DNA of 64,000 nucleotides from the NCBI GenBank assembly GCA_963662275.1, contig OY759316.1, forward strand, positions 4,224,001-4,288,000, read 5' to 3'. Positions 30,076-39,187 of the stretch are shown in pieces. The stretch's first letter is position 1; every line of letters begins with the position of its first letter. The notes beneath the pieces were generated by a model. The model was not told the origin of the DNA and did no database searches. It saw nothing but the letters and a program-made list of their open reading frames with translations. The DNA is from Candidatus Cloacimonadales bacterium (GTDB lineage Bacteria; Cloacimonadota; Cloacimonadia; Cloacimonadales; DAONDQ01). Position numbers and translations under genes: made by a program.

Positions 30076-30891
30076 ATGTTATCTATCATTTTATTACCCG
30101 CTCTTCTCATCGGTGGTTTGGGTTTATTATTTGGACTTGGCTTAGCTTATTCTGCCAACAAATTCCTCGTGGAAACTGATCCGCGTGTGGACTTGATCAT
30201 CGAAGCTTTACCTGGTGCCAATTGTGGTGCTTGTGGAATGCCCGGCTGTGGAGGTTATGCTGAAGCAATCGTTAATGCGGGTGCTCCTATTGATAAATGT
30301 GCTCCAGGTGGAGCTGCAACCTCAAAGAAAATAGCTGAGATTATGGGTACAGAAGCTGGCAATCATGTAAAAAAAGTAGCTTTCATCCATTGCTCTAGCG
30401 GTGGAAGTAATAATACAAATCTTCATTACAAATATGAAGGAATTGGTACCTGTGTTTCCGCTGTCAGTTATGCTGATGGTCCTAATACATGCCGTTGGGG
30501 ATGTGTATTCCAGAATGACTGCCTGCGGGCTTGCCCATTCGATGCAATATCCTTGAACGAAAATGGCATGCGTATTATTGATGCAGAAAAATGCACAGCT
30601 TGCGGTAAATGCGTCAAAGCCTGTCCTCGTCATCTGATAGAACTGTATCCTTATGAAAATCATGATGTACATATTGTATGTTCTTCACATGATAAGGGTC
30701 CTGAAGCCAAACGCGTATGCGGTGCTGGAAAACCTTGTATCGGTTGCGGTATTTGCGTTAAGAACTGTCCTGTAAATGCGATCAAGCTGGATAATAACCT
30801 GGCTGTTATTGATTATAAGTTATGTACAAACTGTGGTAAGTGCGCTACAGTCTGCCCAACCAAATGTATCATTGATTGCAGGGTTTCATAA
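30076..30891 (+). CDS. rnfB: Rnf complex subunit B
   Basis: LPGANCGACG.PGC and multiple 4Fe-4S motifs. Confidence 0.97.
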   Translation: MLSIILLPALLIGGLGLLFGLGLAYSANKFLVETDPRVDLIIEALPGANCGACGMPGCGGYAEAIVNAGAPIDKCAPGGAATSKKIAEIMGTEAGNHVKKVAFIHCSSGGSNNTNLHYKYEGIGTCVSAVSYADGPNTCRWGCVFQNDCLRACPFDAISLNENGMRIIDAEKCTACGKCVKACPRHLIELYPYENHDVHIVCSSHDKGPEAKRVCGAGKPCIGCGICVKNCPVNAIKLDNNLAVIDYKLCTNCGKCATVCPTKCIIDCRVS

Positions 30892-30903
30892 CCTGTTTAT
30901 AAA

Positions 30904-30934
30904 GTAGAGACGCCCAACTTGGGCGTCTCTTTTT
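30904..30934 (+). terminator. GTAG-REP-like hairpin/terminator ending the rnf operon
   Basis: gtagagacgcccaacttgggcgtctct followed by tttt. Confidence 0.8.
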
Positions 30935-30935
30935 A

Positions 30936-33047
30936 GTTTGCCCAGAATGTTTTCTGCGCCGATGGACTGGAAGAAGTCCTGACACCTAATCAGCGGGAAG
31001 TCAACTCGAGGTCAAGGGCGTTGCCGGCAACGGCAGGGTCTGAAGTAAGACGCAGAGGGAATATGGAACATAGCGCAAGTGAACTGATGTTGGTTTGTAG
31101 AGTGGGTAACCTTTCTAAAAGTGGGAAAGCCCGAAAGCTGGATAACTCTACAGATTATGACAGATGGCTTCATATTCAGGCAGGAAAACTTAACTGGGGA
31201 AGCCTGTTATTGTCTACTTAAGGTAGTAGCTTCGATCAAGTTGAAAGATAAGTGAGAAGCCAAGCGATAGCAGGTGGCAGATGATTCCGTAGTAGTGATT
31301 AACCTTTTGCCTATGAAAGCTGGTGACAGTCTGGAGGATAAAACAAAAGGGACAGCATTCACGGTAATGCTGAGGGCTGTATCTCAAAAGGATACAGTTC
31401 ATGCGAAGGGATGAAGATAATCCAAAGGGATGATTTGAAATGTGGAAAGTAATCGATGAAAAGTGAGAAACGAAGGAAGAAGCTGAAATGCTTCGAGGCT
31501 CGGTTTGACAGTGGTGACGAACTTCCTTTCAACCCCGACCGCACGAGACTGATTAGTCAGGCAAAGCTCAAAAGCAGCAGTTCTGTCATATTGCTATATG
31601 CTAAAGAAGGCAGGACACCCTGATGAAGAGACATTCATCCTCGATGAACACCGCAAAACGAATCACAATGAGACAGGAAATGTCATGAGAAAATACTACA
31701 GTTTAATCGACAAAGTGTACTCACTGTCCAACCTGTATGCTTCCTTCACTTCGGTGAAACAGAATAAAGGTGCATCAGGCATTGATGGGCAGAGTCTAGA
31801 AAACTTTGATGAACAACTGGTAGTGAACATCAACCAACTTCACGATGAACTAATGGCAGGCACTTATGAGCCTTCACCGGTAAGACGTGTAGAGATACCC
31901 AAACCCAATGGCAAAATGAGACCGCTAGGCATTCCAACGGTAAGAGACAGAGTAGTGCAGCAGGCAATCCTGAATATCATACAACCGATATTTGAGCCTG
32001 ACTTCCATCCGTCCAGTTATGGCTACAGACCGCATCGGTCTTGCCAACATGCCGTAGCGAAAGCTCAGCGTTTTCTTACAGCGTACAATTTGGGTTATGC
32101 TGTGGATATGGACTTATCCAAGTGTTTTGACACCTTAGACCACGAACTGATATTGAGCCGTCTGAACAGGAAAATCAGTGATGGTACATTGCTGAGATTA
32201 ATCAGCCGTTTTCTCAAATCAGGAGTAATGGTCGATGGGGATTTCAAAGCTACTGAGATAGGCAGTCCGCAAGGTGGAGTAATCTCACCCTTATTGATGA
32301 ATATCTATCTGGATGAGTTTGACCAGAGGATGAAACAGCGGAATATCAGGATAGTACGTTATGCTGATGACATCCTGATATTTGCTCCGACCAGGAAAAA
32401 GGCAGAGCAATATCAAAAGATAGCGACAGCGATACTTGAAGAACTTCGCTTGCAAGTCAATCTGGAAAAGACTCATATCAGCAGTGTCGAAACAGGAATC
32501 AGCTATCTGGGATTTTTCATCAAAGGAAGCCGTGTCTGCATCGACAAGGAGCGTTTGAAACGTTTCAAGGATAAGATACGTAAGCTTACTCCCCGCAACA
32601 GTGGCATCCCAATATCCATGACGATAGGAAGCCTGAATCCTGTACTAAGGGGATGGGGTAACTATTTCAAAGTTGCGAGTTGTAAAAGCATCTTTGCGAG
32701 CCTGATGGAATGGATACGAAGGAGGCTTCGAATGAAGAAGATGCGTGAATGGAAGAGCTGGAAAGCATTCCATAAAGCAATGCGCAGACAAGGCTTCAAG
32801 GGAGAATGCCCAAAACTATCTATGACCAGATGGCGTAACGCTCAGAGCTTCCACTTATGCTTTGCCTTGCCGAACAAGTGGTTTGAAGAAATGAAGTTGT
32901 TTGATTTGACATCACTTCAGACAAGTGTTTTATTTAATTACTACGAGTAATTACAAGGATTATCAGGAGCCGTGTACGAGACCCGTACGCACGGTTCTGT
33001 GAGAGGGATGATGCTGGAATTAATTAGCCAGCATCACCCTACTCGAT
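30936..33047 (+). mobile_element. Group II intron, class C-like (5' boundary approximate)
   Basis: Starts gtttgccc right after a hairpin + T tract; short D5 gagccgtgtacgagacccgtacgcacggttc (32967-32997); D6 ending ccctactcgat; encodes RT/maturase. Confidence 0.88.
31685..32950 (+). CDS. ltrA: Group II intron reverse transcriptase/maturase, no endonuclease domain
   Basis: GASGIDG, RPLGIPTVRDRVVQ, SYGYRP, GSPQGGVISP, RYADD, NPVLRGWGNYF; likely start MRKYYS. Confidence 0.95.
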   Translation: MRKYYSLIDKVYSLSNLYASFTSVKQNKGASGIDGQSLENFDEQLVVNINQLHDELMAGTYEPSPVRRVEIPKPNGKMRPLGIPTVRDRVVQQAILNIIQPIFEPDFHPSSYGYRPHRSCQHAVAKAQRFLTAYNLGYAVDMDLSKCFDTLDHELILSRLNRKISDGTLLRLISRFLKSGVMVDGDFKATEIGSPQGGVISPLLMNIYLDEFDQRMKQRNIRIVRYADDILIFAPTRKKAEQYQKIATAILEELRLQVNLEKTHISSVETGISYLGFFIKGSRVCIDKERLKRFKDKIRKLTPRNSGIPISMTIGSLNPVLRGWGNYFKVASCKSIFASLMEWIRRRLRMKKMREWKSWKAFHKAMRRQGFKGECPKLSMTRWRNAQSFHLCFALPNKWFEEMKLFDLTSLQTSVLFNYYE

Positions 33048-33055
33048 TATATGCT

Positions 33056-33209
33056 GAGGTTTTGGTTTTACCAGAAAGCTGAGTATCTGGAGTTCAAATG
33101 CCCTAAACAAATTATCATTGAATACCTGACTAAAAGGGCAAGTGGACTTCATTGATACGACCTTTCATCCCCGATCGTGGATACCTGTTTTCTGGGAAGT
33201 TCATAATCG
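33056..33209 (+). repeat. Dispersed ~150 bp two-hairpin element
   Basis: ggagttcaaatgccctaaacaaattatcattgaatacctgactaaaagggcaagtggacttc...gggaagttcataatcg. Confidence 0.8.
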
Positions 33210-33252
33210 ACATTAAGTTCACAATCAGCTTTTCAAACTCTCCGACACTATG

Positions 33253-33400
33253 CTTCGACTACGCTCAGCAACCACCACCTCTCTTTATCTAAAGAGAGGA
33301 ATAGGTAACCAGCATCCTGTGATCCCCCTCACTTTTGCAAAGGGAGGGGTTAGGGGAGAGTTAGTTATGTTCTGCTTTCGAACCTCGAACTTCGATATGA
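33253..33400. repeat. Mosaic of short repeat families
   Basis: cttcgactacgctcag; cctctcttt..aaagagagg; tccccctc..gggaggggttagggg; ttcgaac heptamers. Confidence 0.6.
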
Positions 33401-33458
33401 GTTAGTTCTGATCTTCGCTTCTTTATGCTTCGTACTTGCTTTTCCAAACAGGAAATAT

Positions 33459-34289
33459 CTACTTCAAGATTATGCTCTTCTTAACTTGCTTGTTTCCATC
33501 AATCTCTAATTGATATATGTAAAAGCCGGATGAAAGTGGTTTACCAAAGTCATCTAATCCATCCCACTTTTTTGCTTGTTTACCTGGAAGACAGCGTTCA
33601 TTCTTTACCAGGCTTCTGACCTTCTGCCCACGGATATTATAAATATCGAGTGATACTAAGCCATTGGATTTTTGTTCCCAATTTAAGTGAACAGGATTTC
33701 CAGAGGAAGGATTTGGATATATATTGAGCTTAGGAGATGTGTGAGGTTCAACATCACTATTTATGTGAATCGGTACTCCCGAGCTATAAAGAGTAAACGT
33801 GGGTAGAGAAGTAGGATAGTCATGTGGATAATCTTGAACGGTTATTACTCTTTCATTGTTTATATAATGAGATCCTCTTGGATCTTGATGCCACACACCC
33901 ATATAACTATGATTAATATCTCCTTGCAAAGATAGCAAATATTCACCAGTAACAATGTCTTGGACGTAAAATGAAGTAGATATTGTATTATCATCAACTT
34001 GTGTATCTTGTTCATAACAAATTTCAATATTAGCATCGCTATCAAAATCACGGCCTACTTCATAAATAAGGCAATTCTCAGGAGGAGAAAAGACTCCTAT
34101 CTGATTTAAGCTTTCGTCATAAAAAATAATTTGGCTGTTATCATATCGTAAGAGGAAACTTTCGGTAGGAGAAGCTTGCATCCACTCTAATCCTTCACTT
34201 GCTGTAAGTATTGGTTCTAATGACATTGCCTGTGAAATTGAAAAAAGAGCTAAACAAAGTAAAATGGCATGTTTCATGATTACCTCCAT
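33459..34289 (-). CDS. Secreted protein with FlgD/T9SS-type CTD
   Basis: Signal peptide; DFDSDANIEI loop; IYPNP...DIYNIRGQKVRSL...WDGLD..G..LSSGFY; start likely MKHAIL. Confidence 0.85.
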   Translation of the reverse strand: MEVIMKHAILLCLALFSISQAMSLEPILTASEGLEWMQASPTESFLLRYDNSQIIFYDESLNQIGVFSPPENCLIYEVGRDFDSDANIEICYEQDTQVDDNTISTSFYVQDIVTGEYLLSLQGDINHSYMGVWHQDPRGSHYINNERVITVQDYPHDYPTSLPTFTLYSSGVPIHINSDVEPHTSPKLNIYPNPSSGNPVHLNWEQKSNGLVSLDIYNIRGQKVRSLVKNERCLPGKQAKKWDGLDDFGKPLSSGFYIYQLEIDGNKQVKKSIILK

Positions 34290-34453
34290 CTTTATTACGC
34301 TTATAATTTATTCTTTTAATCTAGATCGTGATTTTGGCAGTATCAGAATCTGAAAACAGCAAATTGCAGGAACATTTACTAATTTCTCTAATTCTTATGT
34401 GTGTAGCAAGTAGTTATTTCTCAACTGGTATTCCCTACCGACAATGAAAGAGA

Positions 34454-34606
34454 CGATTTTGAACTTCCCTGAAAGCAGGTTTTCGCTACCGATGATGAAA
34501 GGTCGAGTTTGAAGTCCGAATGCCCTTTTAGTCAAGTATTCAATGATAATTTGTTTAGGGCATTTGAACTCCAAAATCTTAGTTTTCATGTAAACGCAAA
34601 AACTTC
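34454..34606 (-). repeat. Dispersed ~150 bp two-hairpin element (inverted relative to the 33056 copy)
   Basis: Reverse complement shares ggagttcaaatgccctaaacaaattatcattgaatac.tgactaaaagggca and the downstream module. Confidence 0.8.
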
Positions 34607-34610
34607 CTAT

Positions 34611-35318
34611 CTACTCTGTTATTTTTGCAATCACACTTAGATAACTTGCTTTTCCAAATATGGTATTAGTAGCGCTATCCTTCAAATGCCAAAGCCAATA
34701 AGGGAATGGTCTGAACAAGTCATTGACCCTGAGCAAGGCAAGAATCTTATTTAGATAGAGATTCTCCTTGATAACCTGATATCCATTGTTACGGAACAAT
34801 TTGCGTAGTTGGATCAAGTCAAATGAATGCAGATGTGCATTATGAGGGGTTAATTGATTACAATGAATGCACAGGGAATAATTGATCTTCTCTTTATACG
34901 GTACAGAAATCATTAATTTCCCCTCTGGTTTGAGAAACTCCCTGATATGCAAAAGAGCTTTAGCTGGTTCTTCCAGATGCTCTAAAACCTCATTCATAAC
35001 GATCCAATCAAATCTTTCTTCTTTGAAAGGAAGTTCGTAGGCACTGCCGAGTTTGCAATTTATTATGGGATTCATCTTATTGATATATTTCAAATTCTTC
35101 TCGGAAAGGTCTACTGCTGTTACAAGACATCCACGTTTCGCCATTTCCAAGGAAAACCAGCCTCTGCCAGAACCAAGGTCCAAGACCTTTTCTCCTGTCT
35201 TGGCTGTGCATATGTGCAATACTTCTTCATTGCGGCGTCTCTCAGTCTGCGTCTGATATTGCTTATCAAAGTAATCGAAAGCTTCTGCATCAATACGGTA
35301 ATGTTCCTGATAATTCAT
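34611..35318 (-). CDS. Class I SAM-dependent methyltransferase
   Basis: VLDLGSGRG, AVDLS, LPF..E.FD....EVLEHL, LKPEG. Confidence 0.9.
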   Translation of the reverse strand: MNYQEHYRIDAEAFDYFDKQYQTQTERRRNEEVLHICTAKTGEKVLDLGSGRGWFSLEMAKRGCLVTAVDLSEKNLKYINKMNPIINCKLGSAYELPFKEERFDWIVMNEVLEHLEEPAKALLHIREFLKPEGKLMISVPYKEKINYSLCIHCNQLTPHNAHLHSFDLIQLRKLFRNNGYQVIKENLYLNKILALLRVNDLFRPFPYWLWHLKDSATNTIFGKASYLSVIAKITE

Positions 35319-35360
35319 GCATTCTCCCTGGTAATCAATATAGTGTCTTGGCAAACATGG

Positions 35361-35462
35361 GGTAACCTAAAGGATACTACTACCGGGTCGGTAGGCGCTG
35401 TCTTTAGCTTGCGCTTAATAACGGTAACCTAAAGGATACCACTACCGGTCGGTAGTGCTCTG
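35361..35462. repeat. Direct repeat of a REP-like unit
   Basis: ggtaacctaaaggatac.actaccgg.tcggtag occurs twice, about 62 nt apart. Confidence 0.7.
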
Positions 35463-35502
35463 ATTTTTTTGTGGCAAATCGGAATTTGCCACCCCTAAGC
35501 AG

Positions 35503-37248
35503 TTATTTTTTGAACAATGGTCGAGGTATATATTTCGTATGAAGAAGCTTATGTGCTATTTCGGAATTCGGCTTTTCAAGGAATTCAGCATACAGCTTTT
35601 GAATTGAAATATTATTATGCGATTGGCGTATTTTCATCTGTGAATCTTCAGTATAAAGACCTTCACCACGTTTTTTACGAATCTTCATAGTGGAACCCCA
35701 AGGCTGTCCACCTCCTCCAATACAACCGCCTCGACAAGCCATGACTTCTATAAAGTGGTAAGGAACAGGTTTTCCAGCTTCCCTGGCAGCATTGATTTCA
35801 TCAAGTACTGCTTTCACATTCCCAGTACCGGATGCAACAGCTATCCGTACTTCATGTCCAGCCACATCGATCTTTCCTGTCTTTATTCCATGAATACCGC
35901 GAACAAAATTGATATTCGGGTCAGGAAGTTCATTGCCGGTAATGAGAAAATAGGCAGTACGCAGGGCAGCTTCCATGACACCGCCTGATGCACCAAAAAT
36001 TGTACCTGCTCCACTATATTCGCCCATCGGGTTATCAGGTTCTTCATCAGGAAGGTTGGCAAAATCAAGACCATAGGCTTTGATCATACGGGCAAACTCA
36101 CGGGTTGTAATTGTCACATCAACGTCCTGGTGACCCGAGGCAAACATCGTGTCCATGCGTTCGATCTCGTATTTCTTAGCAGTACAAGGCATGACTGAAA
36201 CCAGGAATATCTTCTCAGTGGCAATGTTCATCTTCTTTGCCCAATAGGTCTTAACCATTGTACCCACCATCTGGTGAGGTGACTTGGCTGTAGAGAAATG
36301 AGAGATCATATCGGGATAGAACTTCTCCAGATAATCAACCCAGGCAGGACAGCAGGATGTAATTAATGGAAATTCTTCAGGATGATGGAGGAATGTATCT
36401 GCAAATTCAGTTGCTTCTTCCATAATCGTCAAATCTGCACCAAAGTTTGTATCAAAGACATAATCGAACCCTAGCATCCGAAGTGCGGAATACATTTTAC
36501 CACGCACGTTTGTACCAACAGGCATGCCGAATTCTTCACCCAAGGCTACACGAACTGCCGGTGCTTCCTGAGCCACAACCACGATATCCGGATCATTGAT
36601 GGCAGTCCAGATCGCTTCTGAATCATCCGCTTCATAGATGGCTCCCACAGGACAATATGCAGAGCACTGACCGCATTTGATGCATTCGGAGTCTTCCAGT
36701 TGTCTATCCAATGTGGGACCGACAAAGGTCTCAAATCCTCTTTCAGAAGCTTCCAAAGCGTGCACTTCCTGGATTTCATTACAGACATGCACACAGCGAT
36801 TACATTGAATGCAATAGCCGGGACTTAAAACTAAGGCACAACTGGAAGTATCCAAACGTGTAATAGTTCGTGGAATGGTTGGTAATATATTAGTTCTAAC
36901 ACCTAATCTTTCAGCCAGTGCCTGAAGTTCACAGTGTCCATTCTTGATACATTCAGGGCAGTTATTGGGATGATTAGACAGGATCATTTCCAATCCTGCT
37001 TTTCTTAGATCGAAGAGTCTTTTTGTATGAGTCCTGATCACCATCCCTTCTTCAACGGGAGTAGTACACGCACGAACGATACGCCCATTGCCAAGCTCTA
37101 CAACACAAAGCCCACAGTTTCCTGTCGGGGGTAAGTCAGGGTGGTAACACAAGGTTGGGATATGATATCCTGCCATGGTTGCAGCATGAAGAATCTTTGT
37201 ATCTTCCGTTACTTCCATTGGTTTGCCATTCATAGTAATATGAAGCAT
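35503..37248 (-). CDS. hydA: [FeFe]-hydrogenase group A catalytic subunit with 2Fe-2S, His-ligated and 2x 4Fe-4S domains
   Basis: H-cluster motifs TSCCPAW, MPCTAKKYE, EVMACRGGCIGGGGQP; N-terminal PTLC..CGLC..C, HxxxCxxC. Confidence 0.95.
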   Translation of the reverse strand: MLHITMNGKPMEVTEDTKILHAATMAGYHIPTLCYHPDLPPTGNCGLCVVELGNGRIVRACTTPVEEGMVIRTHTKRLFDLRKAGLEMILSNHPNNCPECIKNGHCELQALAERLGVRTNILPTIPRTITRLDTSSCALVLSPGYCIQCNRCVHVCNEIQEVHALEASERGFETFVGPTLDRQLEDSECIKCGQCSAYCPVGAIYEADDSEAIWTAINDPDIVVVAQEAPAVRVALGEEFGMPVGTNVRGKMYSALRMLGFDYVFDTNFGADLTIMEEATEFADTFLHHPEEFPLITSCCPAWVDYLEKFYPDMISHFSTAKSPHQMVGTMVKTYWAKKMNIATEKIFLVSVMPCTAKKYEIERMDTMFASGHQDVDVTITTREFARMIKAYGLDFANLPDEEPDNPMGEYSGAGTIFGASGGVMEAALRTAYFLITGNELPDPNINFVRGIHGIKTGKIDVAGHEVRIAVASGTGNVKAVLDEINAAREAGKPVPYHFIEVMACRGGCIGGGGQPWGSTMKIRKKRGEGLYTEDSQMKIRQSHNNISIQKLYAEFLEKPNSEIAHKLLHTKYIPRPLFKK

Positions 37249-37555
37249 GAATAACCTCCATTTTAATTAATTATTTATTTTTTAATTTAATTCATTTATG
37301 AAAAAATCAAATACACAATTGCAGGTAATCTCAGAAATTGGCAATAAATAAAGATAATGTTAGGCGAATTTGTTTATATGTAACTAATCTTATGAATTAT
37401 TAAGATAGAATATTATGCGCATGGTCCTCAACATATCAGTCAAATTTATTAAAAGGATGTGTCTTTGCCTGGAAATCATTCTTGACAAGACCATATATAA
37501 TAAATAGATTTTGTTTCAAAAAAAGTCATTATTCTTGAAAAAAAGGTGGTATTAG

Positions 37556-37915
37556 ATGACTACTTTCAGTATTTTAATATCGGAAACAAAGGGGATAAAA
37601 GCAATTCCACAAGGTTTTTCAATGTTGGCTTTTATTTTTACGGCCGCATGGGCAATAGATAATGATCTAATAGTGGTTTTTTTATGGACTGTTCTTGCAG
37701 GTTTTGTCATTAAAAGCGTATTATTTGCTATTAATCCCTGGTTTGGTTTTGCAGGTGCTATTCTTGTTTTTATTGTGTATGGTATGGAAGGAAATAAGTG
37801 GGCTTTATCAAGAGCTATTAAAAAAGGATATGAGTTTCAAATGACCATAGAAGCTGCTAACCGTAAAAAAGCTATTACTGAATATAAACAAGGAGTACAA
37901 GGAGACCAAACATAA
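37556..37915 (+). CDS. Small membrane protein (DUF2628-like)
   Basis: GFS.LAF.FT..WA...; GN.W.....KKGY; IEAAN. Confidence 0.65.
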   Translation: MTTFSILISETKGIKAIPQGFSMLAFIFTAAWAIDNDLIVVFLWTVLAGFVIKSVLFAINPWFGFAGAILVFIVYGMEGNKWALSRAIKKGYEFQMTIEAANRKKAITEYKQGVQGDQT

Positions 37916-38160
37916 GTTCATAAGTTTACTACTTTATCTGCATCTGATTCAATCACGCAACTGATTAGCTTTTCCAATAAGATGTTGATTTCGATAACTA
38001 TCAGTTGACAATATGTCAAGCTTGTAACCCATAAATCTATGAAATAGGACTACATGGATCCTCCCTTCATTTCTGCATAGAAGTGAATACTGAAAATACT
38101 TGCAGACCAGTGCGAGGAATAATATGATTAATGAAAATACTGCCATAATCAAGAGTAAAA

Positions 38161-38919
38161 ATGCGTAAACGTCAGCAAATCAGAAAGCTGATACTGATGA
38201 TATCGCTCTTGGGATTCACATTTACCTGTATGTACATCTCGCCCTATATGACGGTGGAAGGCAGTACCGCAGGTATTGTTTCTGCTGGAATGCTCTTTTG
38301 GATTATCATGTTTGCTATCTCTCTTCTAAGTGGAAGAGTCTATTGCGGATGGTTCTGCCCGCTTGGTGAAATCCAGGATTATACTGATAAATGTATCCAA
38401 AAACCTTTGAAAAGGTCTTCCCGGCTTTCTTCCTTACGTTACTTATGGTGGTTGCTTTGGGTCTGTTCCGCAGCTTTTTTGTCTATCAAGGCAGGTGGAT
38501 ATCATAAGATAGACTTGCTTTTCAACAATCCAACCGGATTACCACCCTATTCTCGTGGTGTTTATGCCAATATTTACTTTATCATAGCCGTCATTATTTT
38601 GTTTTCACTGGTTTATGGAAAACGGGGGTTTTGTCATAATTTTTGCTTCTTGATGCCTATGCTGACATTTGGGAAACGACTAAGAAAGCATCTAAAATAT
38701 CCATTTCTGCACCTGACAGTCAAACCACAAAACTGCACTTCCTGCAAACTATGTGACCAAACCTGCCCGATGAGCATAGAAGTTGCGAGTCATGTGAAAC
38801 AAAACGATCTCTCCAATTTGGAATGTATAATGTGTGGATCGTGTGTCGATGTATGCCCTGTGAAAGCTATCAGGTTCAGTTGGGATATAAAGGATGATAT
38901 CAAGATAAACAAGAATTAA
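38161..38919 (+). CDS. Membrane 4Fe-4S binding protein (NapH/MauN-like)
   Basis: GRVYCGWFCPLG, RGFCHNFC, two CxxCxxCxxxCP motifs. Confidence 0.9.
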   Translation: MRKRQQIRKLILMISLLGFTFTCMYISPYMTVEGSTAGIVSAGMLFWIIMFAISLLSGRVYCGWFCPLGEIQDYTDKCIQKPLKRSSRLSSLRYLWWLLWVCSAAFLSIKAGGYHKIDLLFNNPTGLPPYSRGVYANIYFIIAVIILFSLVYGKRGFCHNFCFLMPMLTFGKRLRKHLKYPFLHLTVKPQNCTSCKLCDQTCPMSIEVASHVKQNDLSNLECIMCGSCVDVCPVKAIRFSWDIKDDIKINKN

Positions 38920-39187
38920 TAGACAAATGTAGTATTGTAAATCCTGATCCCGAACAAGATGAACGGTTAAAGAGATTTAATTGGACTGCTTTTTTCGGTA
39001 ATAGTATTTGAGTATTGTTTACAAACCGTTTTATCTCCACAGCTTCTTAAGTAAAAACATGACTAACTTGTGACAAACCAATTCTTTTACTGTAATACAT
39101 AATAAGTTGGCTTGTAATCGCTTGACAAATGCATAAATTACTTCACAATTGATTTTTTTTGATAAATAACTAAGAATTGAGGTATTT

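Noticed and set aside
31598..32950. RT as a DGR, retron or defence RT serving the FGE genes
   Set aside because: Has the maturase X domain and flanking D5/D6 intron RNA; no avd, TR or msr-msd seen
33056..33209. Integron attC site
   Set aside because: No RYYYAAC...GTTRRRY ends forming a single hairpin, and no integrase in the window
34395..34589. 64-aa ORF MKTKILEFKCPK
   Set aside because: Lies within the dispersed repeat; other copies have stops or frameshifts in that frame
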